From: a virus
Lineage: Duplodnaviria > Caudoviricetes
Reading direction: 5' to 3' (one strand)
Length of the DNA stretch: 64,000 nt
IMG/VR virus record: IMGVR_UViG_3300021256_000089
Location: 1-64,000 of that record
Of this stretch, positions 1 through 8,901 are shown in pieces. Both the position numbers and the translations under genes were made by a program. The notes beneath the pieces were generated by a model. The model had not been told where the DNA came from. It saw only the letters and a program-made list of their open reading frames with translations, and did not search any database. Numbering within the stretch: the first letter of the stretch is position 1; the number at the start of each line of letters is the position of its first letter.

Positions 1-1
1 A

Positions 2-235
2 GACCCGAAGCGCATACAGCCTTTGCTTGCGGCGCTTACAGAATATTGGACACAGCATCCCGACTGGCGGCTCGGCCAGATCGTCTGCAATTGCGGCCGG
101 GAGATCGGCCACTGGGATCCCTTCTACATGGAAGATGATCAGCTGCTTGGGGTCATCCGCGCTCACCTGCGCACAGACGATCTTCCCTTTACGGAAGAGC
201 CGGACGATGCCACAGGTGATTGGGGTGAGGACTGA
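2..235 (+). CDS. Phage hypothetical protein, 5'-truncated (DPKRIQPLLAALTEYWTQHPDWRLGQ)
   Basis: Frame is open from the window edge; the RDPxRI...W..xPDxRLGQ pattern is common in phage small proteins. Confidence 0.7.
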   Translation, partial: DPKRIQPLLAALTEYWTQHPDWRLGQIVCNCGREIGHWDPFYMEDDQLLGVIRAHLRTDDLPFTEEPDDATGDWGED

Positions 236-237
236 TC

Positions 238-3200
238 ATTGCATTTGAAAACTATCATTGCCATACCTGTGGCTCAAATCCTTTAACGCAGCCTGACTCT
301 ACGATGTTCATCTCTGATTATGCCAAGGCATATCAGGAACGTGGTATGCGTGTGCTTTGTGTCTCAGAGCACGGCAACCGTGGCAACGTGTGGGAGCAGG
401 CAGAAGTAGCCGCAAAGTATTCGACGGATGAATCGAAGATGATTCCTCTCGCGGCTGCTGAGGCATACTTTGTTCCGGACAGAAAGGCCGAGGACAGGCG
501 CAATTTCCATCTGATTCTCGTCGCCAAGGATATGGATGGCTTTCAGCAGCTGAATCGTATCCTTTCCGAAGCGAACATGACTGGATTCTACGGCAAGGCA
601 AGGGTCGATTTCCCACTTCTGCAAAGCCTAGATTACAGGCATTTTATCTGCACGACAGCCTGTGTAGGCGGTGTCTTTAAAGATCCTGAGGGTGAGAAGT
701 ACGCGCAAATTCTGCACGAAATTTTCAGAGATAACTTCTATCTTGAGATACAGCATCATCCGCAGAAGATTCAGATCGATACAAACAGACGGATCAAAGA
801 GTTCTACAAGAAGACAGGCATCCCTCTGATGTATGGCGCTGATACGCATTACATCAGGCACGAGGACGCCATTCTCCGCAAAGAGCTCCTGCTATCCTCC
901 GGCATTGACAACGGCTACGAGGATGAGTTCGATCTGTACCTGCCGACAGCGGAAGAAGCGTATCGTATGCTACTTGCGCAGAAAGTCTTCACGCCGGCAC
1001 AGATCGAGGAAGCAATGGAGAACACTTTGATCTTTCGAGATTTCGAAGGTGTTCATTTCTCGACAGAGAAAAAGATTCCAAACAGCCGTCCGGATAAGAC
1101 GCTTGAGGAACGCAACCGTCTGTACATGCACGAGGTATGCGACGGCTATATCGCCAAAGCAGGTATGCCTTCGAAGGAAGAAGCCGAGGAACTGCACGAG
1201 GAGATGGACGCTGTTGTCGATACTGGCACAGCGGACTACTTCATCGCCATGAAGGACATTGTCGACAAAGGCTTGTCATATGGCGGCGTGCTGACAACGA
1301 CCGGAAGAGGCTCCGGTGTTTCGTTTGCCACCAATTATGCGCTCGGTTTCACCAGTATTAACCGGCTCAAAGCGCCGATTAAACTGTATAAGGAAAGGTT
1401 TATCTCCAGGGAGCGACTGGCCAGTGGTTCATTACCTGATCTAGATCTCAATATGGCCAATGTTCAGGCTTTTGAAAAAGCTGGCAAGGAAATTCTTGGA
1501 GAATATGGCTGCCTGCCGATGATTGCTTATGGCACGAACAAGGTGCTGTCTGCATTCAAGATGCTTGCAAGGGCAAGGGATCTCGACTTCGAGCTGTCGA
1601 ATCAGATTTCGAATCAGCTTAAAAAATACGAGCTTGACCGCAAGCATGCTATTGAAAACAACCAGGATGATCCAGATTACGATGTTGACACAGACGTTAT
1701 ACTGACGGACTATGTTGACAGAGCGTATCTTCCGCTGATCGAGGAGAGCAAACAGTATTGCGGCATCATCACGACGCTGGTGCCGCATCCCTGTGCGCAT
1801 CTGCTTCTCGATCGGGATATCCGGGAAGAGATCGGGGTCATTCGGGTCAAGGCAAAGTCCGGTAATAAGGAACCTGTATACTGCGCCTATATCGACGGCA
1901 AAACAGCCGACGCATACGGTTATCTAAAGGCTGACTTCCTTCGGGTGACCGTCGTCCAGCTCATTAAGCAGGCATTTGATCAGGCAGGGCTGCCCGTCAT
2001 GCCGGTGACAGAGCTGATCGCCAAGACAAAAGACGATCAGGAAGTATGGGACCTGTATGCGCACGGCTTCACGCATTCTCTCAATCAGTGTGAAAAAGAG
2101 AAAACAACGGAGCGTGTCATGCGCTACAAGCCGCACAACATCGTCGAGCTTGCGGCGTTTGTCGCAGCTGTGCGGCCCGGTTTCAAGTCCATGCTGGAAA
2201 CCTTTGTCAGCCGATCGAAGTTTTCTTATGGCATTCCTGCACTTGACCAGCTTCTGCAGACGAAGGCGATCCCTGACAGCTTCCTGATGTTTGATGAACA
2301 GATTCTGTCCATTCTTCAGGCTGCTGGCATTCCTCCTGCGGATGCCTACACATGCCAGAAGGCGATCAAAAAGAAAAAGCTTGAAAAGGTTCTCTCTTAC
2401 AAAGAACGTTTCAAGACAGGCTTCACAAAGAAGCTGATGGACCAGGGCGTCAAAGAGCACGAAGCGGAAGCGACAACGGAGAAAGTCTGGACGATCATCA
2501 ATGACGCTGCTTCATATATGTTCTGCGCTGCTCATGCCCTGTCAATGGCCTGTGACAGCCTGTATGCCGCATGGCTTAAGGTTCATTACCCATATGAACT
2601 ATACTCTGTTATCCTGAAAACCTTTACGGAAAAGGGAAACAAAGACAAGGTCGCATCGGCAATTGCTGAGATGCGGCGATACAAAGGTATCCAGCTCACG
2701 GTTGGCAAGTTCGGCCAGGATAATCGTGACTGGCATATCGACAAGGAAAAGGGAACGATTTCTCAAAGTCTGTCATCGGTCAAGTTTATTTCTCAGGTAG
2801 CTGCCGATGACCTGTACAAGATGAAAGACCTCCACTTTGATACATTTTCGGATGTGCTGCGTTATATGCAGATGGAAACCTGCCTGAATGCGCGTCAGAT
2901 TCGTGTACTGATTCAGCTTGGATATTTCGACTGTTTTGGCGGCTCGGACAAGCTGATGCAGCTGTTTTACGTTTTCTCCGGAGACAAGATAAATGATCAT
3001 CTCTTCCATGGTAAAAACGTAATCACAAAAACGCACAAGGATAAAACGGTTTCTCAGCGCATGGAAGTGATGCATGCGCTCGAGCAGAACCTGCCGGATC
3101 TGGATGCGCCAATTTATGAACGAGTGCGCGCGGAGAATGAGTATGTTGGTTTGTGTCTGTCTTCGGACGACACGGCACCGAACCTATCTTATTGCGTTGA

Positions 3201-3441
3201 GGATGTGGACGATACCTATGGTATCAAGGCGAAGCTGTATTCAGTCAACCGAGGCATCACAGGTACCATGAAGATTCGCAAGGACGTCTTTGCGCAGCTC
3301 CCATTCAAGCCTGGAGATACAATCATGCTTCAGACATGGAGGAAGCAGCCGTGCTACGTGTATCAGAACGGCAAGCGCATTGCGATACCTGATCAAAAGG
3401 AAGTCTGGCTGTCATCCTACAGCATCCTGTCTTCCGCTTAA
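238..3441 (+). CDS. dnaE: DNA polymerase III alpha subunit (DnaE-type, with PHP domain); start codon uncertain
   Basis: PHP motifs ENYHCHT (upstream of the tracked ATG at 304), SEHG and DTHY; GRGSG; catalytic PDLDLN and KADFL; HPCAHLL; C-terminal OB-like region. Confidence 0.95.
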   Translation: MAFENYHCHTCGSNPLTQPDSTMFISDYAKAYQERGMRVLCVSEHGNRGNVWEQAEVAAKYSTDESKMIPLAAAEAYFVPDRKAEDRRNFHLILVAKDMDGFQQLNRILSEANMTGFYGKARVDFPLLQSLDYRHFICTTACVGGVFKDPEGEKYAQILHEIFRDNFYLEIQHHPQKIQIDTNRRIKEFYKKTGIPLMYGADTHYIRHEDAILRKELLLSSGIDNGYEDEFDLYLPTAEEAYRMLLAQKVFTPAQIEEAMENTLIFRDFEGVHFSTEKKIPNSRPDKTLEERNRLYMHEVCDGYIAKAGMPSKEEAEELHEEMDAVVDTGTADYFIAMKDIVDKGLSYGGVLTTTGRGSGVSFATNYALGFTSINRLKAPIKLYKERFISRERLASGSLPDLDLNMANVQAFEKAGKEILGEYGCLPMIAYGTNKVLSAFKMLARARDLDFELSNQISNQLKKYELDRKHAIENNQDDPDYDVDTDVILTDYVDRAYLPLIEESKQYCGIITTLVPHPCAHLLLDRDIREEIGVIRVKAKSGNKEPVYCAYIDGKTADAYGYLKADFLRVTVVQLIKQAFDQAGLPVMPVTELIAKTKDDQEVWDLYAHGFTHSLNQCEKEKTTERVMRYKPHNIVELAAFVAAVRPGFKSMLETFVSRSKFSYGIPALDQLLQTKAIPDSFLMFDEQILSILQAAGIPPADAYTCQKAIKKKKLEKVLSYKERFKTGFTKKLMDQGVKEHEAEATTEKVWTIINDAASYMFCAAHALSMACDSLYAAWLKVHYPYELYSVILKTFTEKGNKDKVASAIAEMRRYKGIQLTVGKFGQDNRDWHIDKEKGTISQSLSSVKFISQVAADDLYKMKDLHFDTFSDVLRYMQMETCLNARQIRVLIQLGYFDCFGGSDKLMQLFYVFSGDKINDHLFHGKNVITKTHKDKTVSQRMEVMHALEQNLPDLDAPIYERVRAENEYVGLCLSSDDTAPNLSYCVEDVDDTYGIKAKLYSVNRGITGTMKIRKDVFAQLPFKPGDTIMLQTWRKQPCYVYQNGKRIAIPDQKEVWLSSYSILSSA

Positions 3442-3490
3442 TCGGCAACACTGAAAATAAAAAAATAAAAAAAGAAAGCAGGCACGAAAA

Positions 3491-3811
3491 ATGAGTACGA
3501 GAATACACTCCGTTCCCGGATTCTTTGGTGAAACAATTCATTACGACGAAGCAGGCAACAAGGTTGGTGAAAGCTGGCCTGGTCTGTTCGGTGGATCACA
3601 AGTCCATTACGACGCTGGCGGTTCCAAGGTTGGAGAATCGTACGCTGGCTTGTTTGCCGATGCCATATACTACGATGAATGCGGCAGTAAGGCAGGCGAA
3701 AGCTATCGTGGATTCTTCGGGCAGGAGAACCATTACGACAATGACGGCGACTGGGTTGGCGACACCTGGTCAACGCCGCTTGGAACGGTTTCAGATTTCG
3801 ACCTTCCTTGA
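3491..3811 (+). CDS. Gly/Tyr-rich tandem-repeat protein (about 4 x 21-22 aa)
   Basis: Repeats of [HY]YDxxGxKxGES[WY]xG[LF]F[GA]. Confidence 0.8.
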   Translation: MSTRIHSVPGFFGETIHYDEAGNKVGESWPGLFGGSQVHYDAGGSKVGESYAGLFADAIYYDECGSKAGESYRGFFGQENHYDNDGDWVGDTWSTPLGTVSDFDLP

Positions 3812-3841
3812 TGCCCGGCTTCTAAAGCTGGGTGATTTCAT

Positions 3842-4267
3842 ATGTACCAATTACCCCTGAGATTTATACGAATTTCAGAGGATGTCAGCATCTGCGCGAC
3901 GCGAATTGTTGCCATGATGTCGACGGATACTTACCAAGCCCGCAACCTGATACGAGACGAGAAGCGAGCGGGCACACTGATTAACGGGGCAGGCAGAGCA
4001 GCGGTAAAGACGGCGATCGTACTTGACAACGGTACGATTGTGGCCTCTCCCCTCTCGATTCGTAGGCTGATGACGGCGATCGAGCGTTCCAACGCAAAAG
4101 ATCCCGGCAAAGTCAAGGCCGACAGCGTCAGGCTGAAGGTCTATACGGTTGGAGACGAGGAGCCTGATCCCGAACTCGACGAAGAAGTGCCGGAAGTTGG
4201 TGCTGAACTCGGAGCGCATCTGCCAGAAATCCCAGAAGAGGAGCTGATCGAAGATGATTTTACTTAA
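3842..4267 (+). CDS. RemA/DUF370-like DNA-binding regulator with acidic C-terminal tail
   Basis: FIRISEDVSICATRIVAMMS...ARNLIRDEKRAGTLINGAGRAAVKTAIVLDNGTIVASP aligns by eye with RemA (LINIGFGNIVSANRIIAIVS...[38 protein letters not shown]). Confidence 0.75.
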   Translation: MYQLPLRFIRISEDVSICATRIVAMMSTDTYQARNLIRDEKRAGTLINGAGRAAVKTAIVLDNGTIVASPLSIRRLMTAIERSNAKDPGKVKADSVRLKVYTVGDEEPDPELDEEVPEVGAELGAHLPEIPEEELIEDDFT

Positions 4268-4922
4268 TCAATCGGTGAAGCTTCTCAAGCCGGACAGCCC
4301 CGAAGGAGGGCTTGCGATTCTCAAAGCGATTGAGTACGCAGGCCGCAACTGTTACGCGTCACAGGATAAGATCACGGACGATTCATGCTTCCGCTTCGTA
4401 GAAAACCTGATCAAACGTGGACACGAAGCACCTCTCGAGTTCGCTGATCTTACCTTTGATATCACTACATCACGCGCCGTTCTGGCCGAGATGACAAGAC
4501 ATCGCCTGTCAAGCTTCTGTGTAGAATCTCAGCGCTACATCCAGGAGGCGAAGACTGGAGACATCTCGTTCATCAAGCCGGAGTGGTTTACCGAGATGGA
4601 AGAAGGTGGTTCCGATGTGGATTTAATTGGGAGCAAACAATGGATCCTCGCAATGGAAAACGCCGAAACTGTTTATAAGCGTCTGATCGACTTAGGCATG
4701 AAGCCGGAACAGGCGCGTGAAGTTCTGCCGAATTCTACCGCATGTCGCATCATCATGAAGGCGGACATCCGCGAGTTCCGGCACATTTTCAGTCTGCGCT
4801 GCGCGAAAGCAGCTTACCCGCAAATGCGGTCCTTGGCACGTTCAATGTTATCTCAGGCACAATCTGCTGTTCCCGTAGCGTTTGACGATCTGATTAAAAC
4901 GTTAGAAAGGGAGACAGATTAA
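4254..4922 (+). CDS. thyX: FAD-dependent thymidylate synthase
   Basis: ThyX motif RHRLSSFCVESQRY; GHEAPLEF; EQAREVLP; LRCAKAAYPQMR. Confidence 0.97.
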   Translation: MILLNQSVKLLKPDSPEGGLAILKAIEYAGRNCYASQDKITDDSCFRFVENLIKRGHEAPLEFADLTFDITTSRAVLAEMTRHRLSSFCVESQRYIQEAKTGDISFIKPEWFTEMEEGGSDVDLIGSKQWILAMENAETVYKRLIDLGMKPEQAREVLPNSTACRIIMKADIREFRHIFSLRCAKAAYPQMRSLARSMLSQAQSAVPVAFDDLIKTLERETD

Positions 4923-4923
4923 G

Positions 4924-5196
4924 ATGACGGATATTATGAACGGTGCGCAGGATTGCGTGTTTGAAGACTACGATGCCGTACTGACAATGAGGCCGCTTGG
5001 AAATCAACAATCGGTCGAAGAACTCGACACCGAAATCCGGAAGATCGAGAAGGCCCTGAAGGCGCTCGAGCGTGACCGCCAGACATTGCTGAACATGCTG
5101 TCTGATGCGGAGCTTGAGATGGACATGAAGCTTGAACAAGCCGTATGGGACGAACTGATGGGTCCTTTTGAGCAAACCGAACAAACCGCAACCTGA
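4924..5196 (+). CDS. Acidic coiled-coil hypothetical protein
   Basis: Abuts the thyX stop; heptad-rich helix. Confidence 0.7.
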   Translation: MTDIMNGAQDCVFEDYDAVLTMRPLGNQQSVEELDTEIRKIEKALKALERDRQTLLNMLSDAELEMDMKLEQAVWDELMGPFEQTEQTAT

Positions 5197-5209
5197 TTCC
5201 ATGGGAGGC

Positions 5210-5236
5210 AAGGGGCTGCCGCAAGGTGGCCCCTTT
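5210..5236 (+). terminator. GC-rich hairpin with GCAA tetraloop, probable intrinsic terminator or processing stem
   Basis: AAGGGGCTGCC-GCAA-GGTGGCCCCTT followed by a short T tract. Confidence 0.6.
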
Positions 5237-5264
5237 CGCTATCTTGTACAAGGAGGCCGCAGAT

Positions 5265-5462
5265 TTGCGCGACTATTACTTCTGGACATACGATTCCTAT
5301 GAAACCAAAACAGGTATGCTGATCGCTGATTCCGAGAGCGAAGCCTGGCTGAGGGTCATGAACTATTTGATTCAGCAGGGCTACGATGATGCGGGTCAGT
5401 TCCTGACAGTTGTTTACAAGGGATCGATGCGGGACGATGGCATTCTGTGCTTCGATGACTGA
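5265..5462 (+). CDS. Hypothetical protein (TTG start preferred over the tracked GTG at 5226)
   Basis: AAGGAGG lies 8 nt before the in-frame TTG at 5265; GTG 5226 lies inside the hairpin. Confidence 0.65.
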   Translation: MRDYYFWTYDSYETKTGMLIADSESEAWLRVMNYLIQQGYDDAGQFLTVVYKGSMRDDGILCFDD

Positions 5463-5477
5463 TAAGGAGGAGCAGGG

Positions 5478-7607
5478 ATGAACATTCGTTTGTATACGAT
5501 TCCGAATTGCCCTCAATGTGCGCTGATCAAGCAAAAGCTTGACGCGATGAAGGCAGACTATGAAGTGGTCTGTGATCCTGAGGCGATTGCATCACTTGGC
5601 TATCAGACGGCTCCGATTCTGAGCGTCGATGACCATACATATAATTTCGCGGAATCAATTAAGATGCTGAATCAGCCGGACGCGATCGGCAAGGCTGACA
5701 AGCAGGAAGATGAACGGCCGATCGACATTGAGCCGTCGCGTGCAGACAAGTATGAACCGTGGCGCAAGGATCTTGATTTCATGCATGCCTACGCTGAAGC
5801 GCAGAACGCTGCGTCAGGATCCCAGGTAGACGCTAATGCAAATGTTTCCAACAAGAATATTGCCACGATGGCCCCGGAGATCCACAAGAAGGACAACATC
5901 TACGCGAACAGGCTGCTGATGTACGACACGATCACGGAACTCTTTGGCACAGAATTGGCTGAAGAGTACCTCCGGCAGCTCGAACAGCACGAAATCTACA
6001 GGCACGACGAAAGCGGCATGCCTGTCGGTACACCGTACTGCGCAAGCATTACGCTGTATCCTTTCCTGTTTGACGGGATGACAAAGCTTGGTGGTACGAC
6101 TGGTGCTCCTCATCATCTGCGTTCGTTCTGCGGCGGGTTTATCAATCTGGTGTTCGCCGTGTCAGCTCAGCTGTGCGGTGCTGTTGCGACGCCTGAATTC
6201 CTTGCCTATATGGATTACTTTATCCGCAAGGAATACGGTGATCATTACTACGAACACCCGCAGCAGATCGTAGATCTGTCAAACGAGCATCGGACGATCG
6301 ATGATGTTATCGTCGACAGCTTTGCCCAGGTTGTCTACAGTCTGAACCAGCCCGCCGCTGCGCGTGGAAGCCAGAGCGTATTCTGGAATATCGCCTACTT
6401 TGACAAGTATTATTTCGACCAGCTGTTTGACGGCTTTGTGTTCCCGGACGGAACCTCGATGCAGTGGGAGTCTGTGTCATGGCTGCAGAAGCGTTTCATG
6501 ACCTGGTTTAATGCAGAGCGGCTGAAAAATGTCCTCACCTTCCCGGTGGAATCCCTGTCGCTGCTCAACGACGGCGAAGATTTCCTGGATCAGGATTGGG
6601 CAAACTTCGCTGCCGAGATGTATGCCAATGGACACAGCTTCTTTACCTACACCAGTGACAGCGTTGACAGTCTGGCTTCCTGCTGCCGTCTGCGCAACGG
6701 TATCCAGGACAATCACTTCAGCTATACGCTTGGTGCTGGCGGCGTTGCTACAGGATCCAAATGCGTCATGACGATCAATCTCAACCGTCTGATTCAGGAC
6801 GGAGCGAGAGCAAATCATGATGCGGATTGGCATACATGGCTCTCTCCGCTGGTTGACAAACAGGTGCGTAAAGTGCACAAGTACCTGCTTGCGTTCGACC
6901 ACATCGTTCACGATATGAACGATAAGCATATGCTTCCGATCTATGAGGCAGGGTTCATTGCGCCTGAAAAGCAGTATCTGACGGTCGGGATCAACGGTCT
7001 GACAGAAGCCGCTGAATTCCTGAATATTCCGATCAAAGACTGCGCCGAGTATCGCGAGTTTGTCGACAGCGTAATGCTGCCGATCTTCAACGCGAACAAG
7101 GAAGCAAAGACAGATAAGGTCATGTTCAACACGGAGATGGTCCCGGCCGAGAATCTGGGTGTCAAGCATGCCAAATGGGACAAGCGCGACGGATATTTCG
7201 TACCGCGCGATTGTTACAATTCCTATTTCTATCTCGTCGAAGACGAAACGACCAATCCGATTGACAAGTTCAGGCTGCACGGCAGAGCTTATACGGGACA
7301 CCTCGATGGCGGTTCCGCACTTCACTGTAACCTGGACGAGCACCTTTCCAAGGCGCAGTACATGCATCTTTTGCACTACGCAATCAAGACAGGGTGCAAT
7401 TATTTCACCTTCAATATTCCGAATACGATCTGCAATGATTGCGGTCATATCTCCAAGCATCGCCTGCAGAGATGTCCGAAGTGCGGCAGCGAAAATCTGG
7501 ACTATGCGACGCGCGTGATCGGCTATCTGACGCGGATCAGCAAGTGGTCAGCCGAGCGTAAGAAGGAGGCCGCGCGAAGGTATTATGCCGGCGCGGATAC
7601 CGTCTGA
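5478..7607 (+). CDS. nrdD: Anaerobic (class III) ribonucleoside-triphosphate reductase with N-terminal glutaredoxin/NrdH-like domain
   Basis: PYCAS, SCCRL, EMVPAEN, Zn site CNDC...CPKC, glycyl-radical motif RVIGYL; N-terminal YTIPNCPQC and TAP motifs. Confidence 0.95.
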   Translation: MNIRLYTIPNCPQCALIKQKLDAMKADYEVVCDPEAIASLGYQTAPILSVDDHTYNFAESIKMLNQPDAIGKADKQEDERPIDIEPSRADKYEPWRKDLDFMHAYAEAQNAASGSQVDANANVSNKNIATMAPEIHKKDNIYANRLLMYDTITELFGTELAEEYLRQLEQHEIYRHDESGMPVGTPYCASITLYPFLFDGMTKLGGTTGAPHHLRSFCGGFINLVFAVSAQLCGAVATPEFLAYMDYFIRKEYGDHYYEHPQQIVDLSNEHRTIDDVIVDSFAQVVYSLNQPAAARGSQSVFWNIAYFDKYYFDQLFDGFVFPDGTSMQWESVSWLQKRFMTWFNAERLKNVLTFPVESLSLLNDGEDFLDQDWANFAAEMYANGHSFFTYTSDSVDSLASCCRLRNGIQDNHFSYTLGAGGVATGSKCVMTINLNRLIQDGARANHDADWHTWLSPLVDKQVRKVHKYLLAFDHIVHDMNDKHMLPIYEAGFIAPEKQYLTVGINGLTEAAEFLNIPIKDCAEYREFVDSVMLPIFNANKEAKTDKVMFNTEMVPAENLGVKHAKWDKRDGYFVPRDCYNSYFYLVEDETTNPIDKFRLHGRAYTGHLDGGSALHCNLDEHLSKAQYMHLLHYAIKTGCNYFTFNIPNTICNDCGHISKHRLQRCPKCGSENLDYATRVIGYLTRISKWSAERKKEAARRYYAGADTV

Positions 7608-8080
7608 TGCTGTACTATCAGGGATATACCGTCAGCTTTCAAGAGGTGCCTGACGAGATTTCGCTTGTGATATTGATCGCGGATTGTCCGCATCGCTGTC
7701 CAGGATGTCACTCGCCGCAACTGCAGAAGCCTGAAGGACGTAATCTGCTGCCTGATCTTCCGAAAATGATTCAGGAGTACGGAGACGTAATTACCTGTGT
7801 ATGCTTTATGGGTGAAGGGCAGGACGATATGGCGCTCTCTATCTGCCACGACTTTGTCAAGTCGCTCGGTTACAAGACTTGTATGTACGCGGGCGGAGCA
7901 AACCTGCACGGCTGCGACTGGGACTATTTCAAGGCCGGTCCATACGTGGAAAGCAGGGGGCCTCTCACGAGCAGAACAACCAACCAGCGCATGTTCCGTC
8001 TCGATTGGACAGCAAAGTCACCGGACGAGGGCGTCATTGATATTACTGATCGATTCTGGAATAAATCCATTCCTCTGTAA
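7607..8080 (+). CDS. nrdG: Anaerobic RNR activating radical-SAM protein
   Basis: CPHRCPGCHS (CxxxCxxC), FMGEG, TTNQR; directly downstream of nrdD. Confidence 0.93.
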   Translation: MLYYQGYTVSFQEVPDEISLVILIADCPHRCPGCHSPQLQKPEGRNLLPDLPKMIQEYGDVITCVCFMGEGQDDMALSICHDFVKSLGYKTCMYAGGANLHGCDWDYFKAGPYVESRGPLTSRTTNQRMFRLDWTAKSPDEGVIDITDRFWNKSIPL

Positions 8081-8101
8081 CGCAGAGGGGGAAGGAGTCT
8101 T

Positions 8102-8332
8102 ATGAGAACTGGAGCTTGGATTCCGATTGTTATCTTTAGCGTTCTGATTTTGGCAGGGGTAGCACTCAGTGCCTGGCAGATTCACAACATGAATGTGCAC
8201 AGTTCTGAGTACAGCCAGGAAACATTGCTGAAAATGGCAAAGCAGAGCGAAATCTGGCGCTGTGTCTGGGCACTGCTCTGCATGGTAACATTCATCATGT
8301 ATTGCTTGTCGAATGGACGGCCGTTTGCCTGA
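8102..8332 (+). CDS. Small two-TM membrane protein
   Basis: Two hydrophobic stretches; GGAG RBS. Confidence 0.7.
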   Translation: MRTGAWIPIVIFSVLILAGVALSAWQIHNMNVHSSEYSQETLLKMAKQSEIWRCVWALLCMVTFIMYCLSNGRPFA

Positions 8333-8901
8333 TGCAAAAAAAGAAAACAATAGAGCTTCTGACACTCCCCTCTCGATTCTGGCTTGTATCGGCAGACCTG
8401 TCTCTCCGCAGACCTGGATTCTGCAGGATGCTTGTCACACAGCAAGAGAATGGACCTCCTCTGATTGAACAAATCCTCCTGCGCAGCGTTGACAACAAGA
8501 CGGCGACCAAAACGCACGGAGAACTGCTCGATGATATATTACGCGCCGTGTCTGAACTCTTTCCAGACACCGAAAAGACGGATATTCCTACGTTTTTCGT
8601 GCGCGAAAAAGCGATCAACAGCCGGGCTGCGATGTCCGAAATCGGCGTGTTCAAGGTTGTCGGTGTCACCGATTGGGTTCTGTGGCGTATCGGGCAAACC
8701 TGGCATGAAATCTATCCTGTATCTGTCAAAAAACTGGTGACTGGTTCCGGTAAATCTGATAAAGAAGCCGTCGCTCAGGCAGTACAAAAGCTGCTTGGCG
8801 GCGTCTCGTTCAATAATGATGACGAGTCCGATGCCGCAGCTGTGGCATTGGCTTTCCTGATTGAACAAAAAGTAATGCCGGAGGTGGTGCCCGATGATTG
8901 A
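8332..8901 (+). CDS. RuvC-like Holliday junction resolvase
   Basis: SADLS (first acidic site), VREK, PVSVKKLVTGSGKSDKEAV, DDESDAAAVA. Confidence 0.85.
   Translation: MQKKKTIELLTLPSRFWLVSADLSLRRPGFCRMLVTQQENGPPLIEQILLRSVDNKTATKTHGELLDDILRAVSELFPDTEKTDIPTFFVREKAINSRAAMSEIGVFKVVGVTDWVLWRIGQTWHEIYPVSVKKLVTGSGKSDKEAVAQAVQKLLGGVSFNNDDESDAAAVALAFLIEQKVMPEVVPDD

Noticed and set aside
304-7607. Inteins or introns in dnaE, thyX or nrdD
   Set aside because: Conserved motifs are contiguous; no splice-junction or homing-endonuclease motifs seen
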